Shown here one piece after another: positions 52,201 to 62,519 of a DNA stretch of 64,000 nt (the first letter of the stretch is position 1; the number at the start of each line of letters is the position of its first letter). Source of the DNA: Azolla caroliniana (Eukaryota > Plantae > Polypodiophyta); the NCBI GenBank assembly GCA_043228905.1, contig JBHGNT010000009.1, forward strand, positions 16,864,001 to 16,928,000, given 5' to 3'. The position numbers and the translations under genes are program-made. The notes under the pieces were generated by a model. It was given only the letters and a program-made list of their open reading frames with translations, made no database searches and had not been told where the DNA came from.

Positions 52201-52672
52201 CTGACTGACGAGGACAATGCACCTGGAATTGGAACAACGACGACGGAAAGCGTTTGTAGATCGGCACCGGAAGGGAAACGAGAAAATGTTTGGCATCGGC
52301 AAGCTGGTACTAGTGTTCCAGACCCGGATGGGTAAAATGCCAGGCAAATTACGGTTTAGATGGACCAGACCGTACTGGATCACACGCAAGTTTAATGGGT
52401 CTTACCAGTTAGGGACACTTGTTGGCGAAGTGCAGGGTAAATGGGTCAACGGATTTAGAGTAAAACCATACAAAGGACCTATGCCCAAGAACCCATTTGA
52501 ACGAAGGGCCGCCACCGAATCAGACGCCACCCGTGAGGAAAACGGCAACCACCAAGCCGGAAAGGGGGAGCACGAGCCGGCGACCGGGGAAAGCATAATG
52601 ACAGCAAACCGTCAAGAGGCCGGCACGGTGCGCGATTCGGGTAAGAGTCCGATAGGACCGGAGAAAAATTAA
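46255..52672 (+). pseudogene. Element D gag-pol, with stops/frameshifts and a solo LTR in the integrase
   Basis: Same motifs as B: IQCVTCLNSGHSSLEC, IDGGSGVN, LDGFSGY, VFLDDF, FVDTSD, YYPQANGLAE. Confidence 0.94.
51250..51853 (+). mobile_element. Solo LTR (604 bp), probably Copia-type, in D integrase
   Basis: TGTTGGG...CCTGTCA; TSD AGTTT on both sides; integrase reads through on removal (HVVES|LTTFYAVVHK); GTGGTTTTTTCCC..GGGTTTTCCACG motif resembles Copia LTR U5 regions. Confidence 0.9.
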
Positions 52673-52819
52673 CCACACAATTAATTTTTCGAGAGAAAAA
52701 AAATAAAAATAAAAGAAGAAGTAAAAATCGAATGGAATCAAATTAATCATGAAAAGGAGTGGTGGAAACGGCCATGCACACAAGGAGTAAAGAGGCACGT
52801 CGAAAAGGTACGAGGGGCT

Positions 52820-55583
52820 ATGAATAGGACATTAAACCACCGCCACATGGCACACAATGCTATTATAGTACACGACCTGCACATGCGGAGGCTCGAAAAA
52901 GGCGTCAAGATGCAGAGAGAAAAACCCCCACGCATCGAGACCTTCTCCTTTCGCGAACCAAGGAGAACAGATGCAGAGCGACGCGTGAAGATCAATCGTA
53001 GAGAGCTCGCACACAGAGAACCCCCTCCCTCAAAACTCTCTTTCTCACACTCTCCCCACCATCAAACCTCACCAACGCTCTCCGACCTCAACGCAGAGAT
53101 GGACTGCCAAACGTTGTCTGAAGCCGCCAAGAAATGGTTACGGCAGCATGGTATGGAGGGTTTCTTAACGATCATGGAGGCAGCGCCACACAAGGAGGCC
53201 TAAAAGATTACAAAAGAAATCGACACAGAGGTGATCACGGAGGAGGCGATCCGTGCGTTAATAGGCCTTCCGGAGGGAGGCATCTACACGATCGATAATC
53301 CGACCTCCGAGCAGCTCATCAAATATTTCGGTGAGTACTCTCTCGCCAGCAAGGGCTACAGAACACAGGGCGGTGAAGATATGCTATTCCGCAAAATTTC
53401 CCGTGTGCTCCATGAGTTCGGCCATGTGTACCGTCGACCCCCCGTCATGCCTCAGAACCGAGCAGGCTTGATCATCGCAACGTACGAAGGGGTCAAGGTA
53501 GATTGGCCGGTGTTGATCGCCGACGGGCTATGTACGACCATTGATATAGTAAGAGGAAAGGACGGCAAGGAAGGCCGGAAAATATGGCATGCGATGACAC
53601 AATGGCTCACCCTGTTGGCCCCACCGGTCGAGCCCGTCTAAACCAAGAAGCGGGGAAGAGCAATGGACGCCTGCAACTCACGCTGAGCATCCCAAGCCAA
53701 GGGAGGTACCGGAACCGGTTCAGAGGGAACCGGTCACAGAAGTCCTTGCACAATAGGCAACACCGGCAAGCCCCGTAACTCAAGAGCCGGATATACAAAG
53801 GCCAACCTTCCCAGCCGGCCAAGAACAAGCAGACAAGGGGCGACTAGCCGAAACACACTCAGAGCCGGAACGGCAAAGTCGTCAGCTGGCAGAACCAGAA
53901 GCGCAGCTCGACGCAATAAGGCGGGACTAGCCACCGGCGAGTGAACCCATCAACCAACTCTCCGTGCAAGCGCAACAACAGTGCACCGGCAGCCAATGGC
54001 TCCAGTGGATAGGAGACCAAATTGCCGGAGTAGTCGGATGCATAGAGGCGGAGGAAAGAGCACAAACGGAACGGTTGCTCGTCACAACCGATGAACTGGA
54101 GATGGCCCGGTCAAGGATCCGGTGCCTCAAACAAGACTTGGATCGGATCACAAGAGATATGGCCAAAATGGCCTTAACCGCAACGCAGATCCAAGCACCG
54201 GTGACCCTGGTTAATGTACAACAGAATAAGACCTCGGAGACACAAACTGTCCCAGAGAAAGATGCGGCGCAAGCCCAAGAGCTTGCGGAATTACGAGATG
54301 AGCTCGCCACACAAGAAGCATTACGGAGCCGCGAACGCGACTTGAAGAAGGCGGCCGAAGAAGAATTAAAAAAGACTGCTGAGAACCTTCGCCGGGCAGA
54401 GGAAAACTTGTGTAAAGGACATCATGCTTATGACCGGCTAAAGGAGGAAAAAGAGAAATTGCTGCAGGAAAAAGAAAAGCTGCGATGGATGGCGGAAATG
54501 GAAATCGAGAGGCTGAAGGAAGAGCTTCGGCAACAGAAGGACCGGGAGGACCGCGCGCGTCGGCAGATCAACCAAAGGCTGAAGAAGAAGACCGATGATT
54601 TCGATCATCTGCATCGGGACTACAAGCAACTGGAGACGGAGCATAAGCAACAACAGGAACGGATGGCCGAGCTCCGACAAGAAGTTGATAGGGCCACAAT
54701 GGCACTCGCCGAAGAACGAGTGGAAAGTTCCAGGCTATTGGAGGAAGCGGCGAATGACCAGATGGAGCTCCACAAACAGAACCATGAAGACAAGGAAAGA
54801 GCGACAATGGTATTATAGAGGTTGCAAACAACCTATCAAAATCAATTGTCGCATTATAGGGAGTAGGAGGCGGACACGGTGCGGATCATCAAGCAATTGA
54901 AGGAAGAGCGACAAGCCGCAGAAAATAAATCACAGATGGGAGCCGAACGGATCCAGTGCATCCTCCAATCATGGCTCACTAAGACCAAAAGCTTGATTGA
55001 CGACAGCTCGGTGCGTTGGTGGGCGAAATGGGTGTAGAATACGACGGAACTCCAATTGCTTTGGGCGGACGTGGAAAACCGGCGAAAGGAGGGCGATGCC
55101 TGTTATACGCTGACCTCGGAGGACTTCACTGCCATAAGGGATGAGTTGGCGGAAGATTTCACAGCCCTGGCAGATGAACAATTGGTGCAGGTCCGGCAGC
55201 TCGTAGCTCAACAGGACGACGATCGGCTAGAGGCTCAAATCTAGTTCGAAAGCTATGAGCGGTCCCGACTTCGGGAAGAAAAAGCGAGAAAGGCGGCAAT
55301 GGTCAACCTTAATGATGAGGAACCGTCATCGGTACTAGGACCAAACGGGGACCAGGCCGGGGTCAGTTAGCCACAGACAACTCCGACGGAGGAACCAATG
55401 AAGGAAACGCCGGTGCCAGAGGCACAAACGGAGTCGCAACCCCAAACGGAGAAGGCACATATGGTGCAGCAGCCACAACCACAAACGGAACAACAGCAAC
55501 AACCACAACAACAACAACAGATTCCTGACGAGCCATTGGAAATTTTGGAGCAAAGCATTCTGGACATTTTGGACGAAGCGTAA
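52820..55583 (+). pseudogene. Element D extra 3' ORF (sense orientation, coiled-coil rich)
   Basis: KYFGEYSLASKGYRT..AGLIIATYEGVKVDW; long heptad region 53964-54900; stop ~13 nt before the tRNA-like motif. Confidence 0.8.
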
Positions 55584-55595
55584 AAGGGCCGGATA

Positions 55596-55635
55596 ATGGG
55601 TTCGACGTACAAGGTACTGTCCCACGGGCGTGCCA
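55596..55635 (+). promoter_or_regulatory. tRNA-3'-end-like motif (antisense PBS) in place of the PPT, element D
   Basis: ATGGG-TTCGA-cgtacaaggtact-GTCCCACGGGCGTG-CCA, then 2 nt, then the LTR. Confidence 0.85.
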
Positions 55636-56930
55636 TGTGTTACCGGTTGGCAAGAAGGCTTAAGGAGGTCCAAATCAGAGTGTGAAAAGGAATAGTTTAT
55701 TTAGTAATCTTAATATATATATTAATATATGAGAAGATGTGGACGGACGGACCGGAATCGGTATGCCGATCCGGATCCGGAACGATCCCGTAAAGGTGCT
55801 GGTTGGCACCGTTTTGTATTTCGCACCGGAGACCTATATAAAGGCCCGGTTACAATGTAATCAGGAGCGGATAATTAATAAAGCTTACTGTCTTAATCTT
55901 CCAGTGTTGATTACCGTTTTGTATTCATTGTTATATCTTATGCGTGTTAATTACGGATTGCTAAGTAACCAATAAAGGTCTAATTAAGCGTTGTGCCGTA
56001 AATCATTCTGCCGTACCACCCTTTGGTGAAGTGTCTTAAGTGGACACCCTGTGTTAGGCTGTTGTCTGGCCCTAGCAATAACACTCTGCGCTATGTGCTT
56101 CGCATTCCAGACATTCAGGAACATGCGAATATGCGTTGCGGCGTCGGTTTCGCCATTAAAGCGGGGGTAGGCAAAGGCCATGGTGGGGGCTATGGCGGGT
56201 CGGGAAAGATCACCGGGTGGTTGTGGTGAGCGTAGTCCCCGCGTCTCGTCGAGGTATTTGGAGAGCGAAGAATCACCTTTGTACTCACGGTAGGTAGTAT
56301 TGAGGTTGCTGAGGTGTGGCTTTTGCCATGTGCGTTCTTCTGCCTGGCGTGTGACGGACCTTGTTATTGGCCGGTCTTGCCGTGTTGGTTCTCTGGGGCG
56401 TCTACGGCTAAACATCCATTCGTCGTTGTTCGTCTGTGAGAAGACACAGATCACCAAGCGTGCCAAAAGTGTTGCCGATTAGGAACACGGTCCGCGTTTA
56501 GTCCTTCAACCTAGACCTCCAGGTGGGTGTGGAACAACGAATAGGCGTCTAAGCGTAATGCATAGGGAATGTTCCCTGTAACCTATCAACGTATAAGGGA
56601 GATGGCTACAACCGAATCCATAGCAAAGGTTACACTTACGTTCTTACATGCTTAGGTCTTCAAGATACACAGAGTGGATTAGCCATAGCTATACACAGAG
56701 AATCAGAGAAGATAGAATTCTATTATGAGTCGTTTCTTACATTCCCAAAATTACATGCTCCCTCTATCAGAGGTTTTCTGTCCTTTATATATGAGGTTTT
56801 CTGCCCTTTATATATGCAGGGTCTATTTAGCCGTTCACGCTTCTTGCGTGAACCGTTACATGCGTTATGATCTTATATTATTTCTTATTCCTATGCTCTT
56901 GTCCGTCGGTTACTATTCCGGCGGAGAACA

Positions 56931-58600
56931 GTCGCGATCGGTTTTAACTGCGTATACTATCCCCCATAGCTCTCTCTTTACTTGGGTGTACTTTCTTTGT
57001 CTTTCGGTCAACACCTTTGCACCGAATCAGATTGCATACCGATTTTAGTCGTTGTTTTCTTGGTTAATCACCCATCCAATTCCGGTTGGGCTTGTATCCA
57101 CTGTCACATATATCGGGGTACCTTCAGTGTAGTCGGCTTTGCGCAATGTTGGAGGTTCCAATAATAGTTTCTTCAACTTTTGAACCATGTAGGTATTCTC
57201 GTCTTCCCATTCAAAATTCTTCCTTTTCTTTAGTAGTCCATACAATGGTTCAGTGACATGGGCATAGTGTGGTAGAATGCACATGCTCCCAAGAATCTTC
57301 TCACCTCTGTTTGGGACTCACACTCCTCTTTCATCTCTTGGATAGCATTCACCTTGGATGGAGATGGCTTCCGGCCATAAGATCCACACAAGTGTCCAAC
57401 TACCAATATTTCTGGTTGACCGAATGTAGACTTCTCTCTCGAAAACGTGAGATTTGCATCCTCAAGCTTTTGCAACACCTTCTCGCTATCCTTTATATGG
57501 TCAATGACAAATCTTCGGCAACCATCTTCATCTTTTGATTCATCTTTTTCTTCCACCAAGCATCCTTTGATCGGAATGTCATCTAAGAAGGGCATTGTGA
57601 TATCAGGAATACAATCCTTTAACACTTTGTTCATGGTATTCACCATGTGGGCTATGGAGTTTGTCGCACCTTGGGGTAAGATGCACATCCTTACCAACCC
57701 GATCGGTGTCCTCATGGTTGTAATGTCTCTACTATCGACTGACAATTGAAATTGATCATAGCCCGAGTAGAGATCACCAATGGAATAGATCGATCTTCCC
57801 GCGAAGGCTTTGGCAAATTCATCCACGCTTGGACCAATTCTGGCATTTCGGATCGTCACCTTGTTTACGGGTTGGAGATCTTGAATAAAGCGTAAGGACC
57901 CGTTTTTCTTCAGCACTGTAAACCATCTATTGGAGTAGGGAGCATTGGACCGCTCAAGAATTCCCATCTAACCTTTTACTTTAGAAGCTCAATCAACTTT
58001 GGAATGTGAGGTCTTGGAACCGGTATCGGTTTGAGGTTCCAAGGTACATGCGGCACCGTAAATATCACTGTTGGCTCTATCATCTTCGGGTCGGCACATT
58101 TGATTTCTTGTGGAGAGAAGGTGAAGGCTTTCCCATGTCTCTCAAGCATCATCAGAAACCATTCTTCTTCTTTAGGGAGAAGGAAGTCGTCTTTCCCGAC
58201 TTGGAGTTTCCCTCTTGATTCATCGGAGAAGGTAGGGCCTATTCCTTTTGGGTCTCTGAGACTTGGATCCTTGGTAACTTCTTTCATCCTTTGCCAACTA
58301 TCTTCCGGTAACGGAATAGCTACCAACTTGACCTTCTTATCTACTGATTTATATTTTGTGTTTACTTTGACCAACTCCTCCATGACCCCTCGTCGGCATT
58401 CGTCGATGGTGGTATACATGTTGATGGAGTTGACCACAATCGTATGTTGCTCATGAGGGCTCAAGTCCACGATACTCTTTATTTTTCCAATTGTATCGTT
58501 AAATGAGGCTTCCTCCATGACCCATGATATGTTGTCTTCTTTTTCTAATATTCCTTGTTCTTTTAGCCAATGTTCAAAGTTTTGAACTTGGCGCTTCTAT
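56931..58600 (-). mobile_element. Gypsy element E, fragment 3: RT and start of RNase H
   Basis: YSNRWFTVLKKNGSLRFIQDLQPVN, DLYSGYDQ, LPQGATNS, PFLDDIPIKG, IYVTVDTSPTGIGW. Confidence 0.88.
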
Positions 58601-58803
58601 CTCTCATTGAGTGTAGTCATCCCACACGCACCATTAGAGGGTGGTTTCACACTATGTGTTAAAAAAATCACGACAACGGTAGAGCAGTCCGTTAGCAATG
58701 TGGAAGTATTCCTTTAAGGATGTGGTGGTGTTTGTTCCATACTCAACTCTTGCCCAACATTTCACAAAATAATTTTCATCAGGATACTTTCCTCTAAGGT
58801 GAT

Positions 58804-61800
58804 TGGAAAAGAATATGTGTGCGGAAGCGTATGCGTAAGAACACAGAGTACACAGTTCGGTGAAACACAAAAAACACAGAGAAAGAGAGGGAGAGAGAGA
58901 GAGAGTAGAAATACAAAACTATGTTCAAATATAATTCTCTGTATGTTCTCTGTACATATTTCGTGCTCAGTGAGCACCTTTTATAGAAGCCCTAACTGTC
59001 GGGCTGACACAAGTACTGCCAGTACTTGACCGCTCATAAATGAGCCTTCTACACTAACTCTCAAAACTATTCCTTACAAGGAATAACGTTCTAATGGCCT
59101 CTTGGTTTAAACACCACCACAACCATATTACGGTTTTACGCACCTAGTCTACGTACTGTGTTACGTACCCGTTTACGCACCCAATGTTGAGCTTGTCTCT
59201 CAACACTCACCCTCACCCTCAACTTGAGGTTCCATCTGCTTTTCTGGATATTCGCTCCGGCCTCTCCTGGCTTCACGCCTTGCTCGCGCTCCTCGACTCG
59301 TTTGATTCCGCGTGCTTCGACCCTTCCGGTTGGCTTGTCTGCTCATGCGGCCCTTCTCAGCTCCCTTGCTGTCGCAGTTTTGGCGCCTCTTTTGATGCCC
59401 TTTCCTCCGCTTGGCCCTCAATCGATTCGTAATATCTGAATCGAACATTTCAATTAAATCAGTCACTTTCGATTCAATTCCACTTTTGCCCGAATTGGCT
59501 GTCACCAATTCGTCTTCTGTTTTCAGGCCCTTGACAACATCAGACCACGTCTTGGCCTTGGCCTTTACGCCGTTCTTGGCTGTATTTCCCCTTTGTTCGG
59601 TTGTCTTCAGCTCTTCCTTGTGATTACAACCCCTGTTTTCTTCTTCATCGGCTTCTTCAGCTGGCCCAAAATCGAATTCTTCATCTGATTTGGCATCACA
59701 GTTACTACCGCTTCTTTCACGCTCCTGTTCCTGTTCTTGTGTCCCCCTCATGTTCGACGTGTCGAGGTGCCACAAACCCAGCTCACCCGAGAAGTGCAGT
59801 AACTTGTCGAGACCAAGGGGCTTGGTGAAGATGTCGGCAATCTGCCGACCCGTCGGAACATACGCCAGTTCGACCTCACCAGAAAGGACACGCTCGCGGA
59901 GGAAGTGATAGTGCTCCTCAATGTGCTTGGTCCGGTCTTCGCAAGGTGGATGCTGCTGAGGTTGTAACAGTAGATCGTCGTTGGATGAGACACCTCCACG
60001 TGCAAATCCCGTAATAGCCGTTTTAGCCAAATGACTTCGCACGCAGCGACAGTCGTCCCTTCGATATTTGGCCTCTGTGCTTGAAAGTGGTACTGTCGGC
60101 TGCTTCTTACTGCTCCACGCGATCGCCGCACTTCCCAATGAGAATGCATATCCGGATGTGGATCTACAATCGTGGGCATTTCCGGCCCAATCGGCATCTG
60201 TGTAGCCGACTAGGTGTTTGGCTACGCCTGCACGATACAACAACGCCATGTCTTTCGTGTCATTGACATATTGTAATATTCTCTGCGCGCACTGAAGGTG
60301 TTCGGCCATGGGCTGCGACATAAATGGACTGATCATTCTGACCGGATAGCTGATGTCCGGCCGAGTGATCATCAAGTAGATGAGGCTTTCGACAATCTAT
60401 CGAAACCGTGTCGGGTCGCACGCCTTTCTCGAATCTCGGCGAAGCTTTATGTTTCTATCTAGAGGGATTGAGATGGGCTTACAATTTGCCATCCTGAACT
60501 TGACGAACATATTTAGCTCATAATGACGCTGACTGATCAATATGCCTTCGGAGGAACAGATCACTTCGATCCCGAGGAAGTAATGAAGATCGCCAAAATC
60601 CTTCATTTTGAACAATGCCACAAGTTGAAACTTTACACGGCGGATTTCTTCTAGGTCGGCATCGGCGATGAATAAATCATCAACATAAAGTAAAAGGCTA
60701 ACCAATCCATGTTTACCTTGCTGAACAAATAATGAAGAGTCCGACTTGGACGTTGTAAACCCCATTCTACGCAACCGGTGCGTAATCTTCACTTTCCAAG
60801 CTCGCAGGGCTTGTTTAAGTCCGTATAACACCTTCTTCAGTCGGCAGATTGCTGAGGTGTTATGTTCGGATAGAAATCTGGGGGGCTGTACCATGTACAC
60901 TTGTTCCTCAAGATTGCTTTGCAAGAACGCTTTTTTTACATCCATTTGATGTAAGTGCCACCCCTTCACCGTTGCTACGACTAGCAGAACTCGCACGGTA
61001 GTCATCTTTGCGACTGGTGCGAAGGTCTCGTCGTAATCTACGCCATGGTTCTGTGTGTAACCTTTCCTAACCAAATGGGCCTTATATCAATTGACGGAGC
61101 CGTTGGCGTTGTATTTCACCTTATACACCCATCTACATCCGATCGGCTTTACACCTTTCGATACGTCAACCAGGTCCCAAGTCTCATTGTCCGTTAAAGC
61201 GCGCATCTCTTCCTCCATCGCGACACGCCAATTTGCGTTTTTCGCCGCTTCTGCGTAACTCTCTGGCTCACGCACTTCCGCCACTCATGTCATGTATGCG
61301 TAATGGTGCACCATGTATTCATTGTACCCAATCGGCGTAATTTGTGATTACCCGATTTCACGGCCTTTTCGGCTGGTTTCAACTTCTTTCGTGGAGATTC
61401 CTTTTCGACTGGCATGAAATCAAACTTGCTCCGATCTGACTCGACACTGCCGAAATCGTATTCCGACATTTTCTTCTTCCCTTTTTCTTTACGCATAAAC
61501 TATCACCTTGGTTCTTTACACAGGGACAACACAACCAAGTCTCCACTACTCGCTGACTCTTAATTTGGTTGGCCATCTCAGCCTAATCCCTCATTCGGCC
61601 CACTTAGCTGAAATGAGATCGGACTCTCTGTCAGAGCTCTGATTTCCTCATCACGAGGAGGCAGCTCGGCCTCGCTGACCTCTTGTTCAGAATTCGGAAT
61701 GGAGTCATGAGGTATTGGAGGTGAAGGCAAATACCACGAAGTGGACTCGTCGAACACGACATCTCGGCTTATGCGAACTTCCTTCGTTCGGGGGTTATAT

Positions 61801-62519
61801 GACTTATACCCCTTTTGTTCGTCTAAATAGCCAACTAAGATGCACTTTTTTGCTTTGGCATCCAACTTCCTCCGTTTCTCCTTCGGCACATGTATGGACG
61901 CGATGCTGCCGAAAATCCTCAAGTGTGCCAAGTTCGGATTCTTGCCGTAATACAACTCATGTGGCGACACTCCTCCATTAGCAGAGGTCCGATTCTATAA
62001 GTAAACCGTTGTCCTTATGGCTTCAGCCTAGTAAAACTTCGGCATATGCTTCTCTTCAAGCATTTCCTTGGCGGCTTCTTCGATTGTGCGATTCATCCGC
62101 TCGGCTATGCCGTTCTGCTTCGACGTATATCTATAGGAGAATTTGCGTTGAATTCCCTCATTCTGTAGATAACTCGTGAACTGGTTGGAGAAGTACTCCT
62201 TCGTGCCACCGGACTGTAGGCACCTGATCTTACGTCCAATTTCTCTTTCCGCAAGGCTCTTCACCTTCAGGAACCACGTGAAGACTTCACTCTTTTGCGC
62301 GATCAAGCACGCCCAGGTATGTCGAGTGAAGTCATCGATGAAGGTTACGAAGTAACGGCTTCCACTGAGACTCACGTTCTGTGCCGGTCCCCACACATCT
62401 GAATGGATCAAATGCAGCGGATTTCAACTACGATTACGCTCATTGGGGAATGGAAGTCGGTGTTGCTGCCCGAGTTGGCAGGCTTCACAGACTTGGCCAT
62501 TACGGCCCTGAAATTTTGG
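58804..62519 (-). mobile_element. Copia-3: 3' LTR 58804-59205 and IN-RT-RH; interrupted at 62519 by Copia-4
   Basis: PPT GAGGGTGAGGGTGAG then TGTTGAGAGACAAGCTCAACA; LTR end placed by similarity to the Copia-2 LTR; IHSDVWGP, QMDVK, LYVDDL, TDADWAG, IADIFTKPL. Confidence 0.93.

Larger units (their letters stand above)
45738..56083 (+). mobile_element. Gypsy element D, full length (LTRs 45738-46199 and 55638-56083), nested in C
   Basis: TSD CTCTG on both sides; LTR TGTTACC...ATAACA with TATA cctatataaag and AATAAA in pol-sense orientation; PBS TGGCGACCAC 46207-46216. Confidence 0.97.
37008..56930 (-). mobile_element. Gypsy element C with both LTRs (3' 37008-37446, 5' 56470-56930), nested in E and carrying D in its gag
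   Basis: TSD GTCGC on both sides; PBS TGGCACGCTTGGTG at 56452-56465; gag split at 45737/56084; PR IDSGSGVN, RT, RH and IN motifs at ~40760-44690. Confidence 0.96.

Noticed and set aside
52820-55583. Extra ORF as a retroviral envelope gene
   Set aside because: No signal peptide or transmembrane segment is evident; the protein is charged and coiled-coil.
55560-55640. A real tRNA gene or tRNA-derived SINE at the 3' motif
   Set aside because: No D-arm, anticodon arm or A-box upstream, the T-loop is interrupted, and the position is fixed relative to LTRs.
58657-58803. TGTTAAAA at 58657 as an LTR terminus of element E
   Set aside because: No partner LTR, PBS or TSD; the adjacent LTR is explained by Copia-3 (58804-59205).
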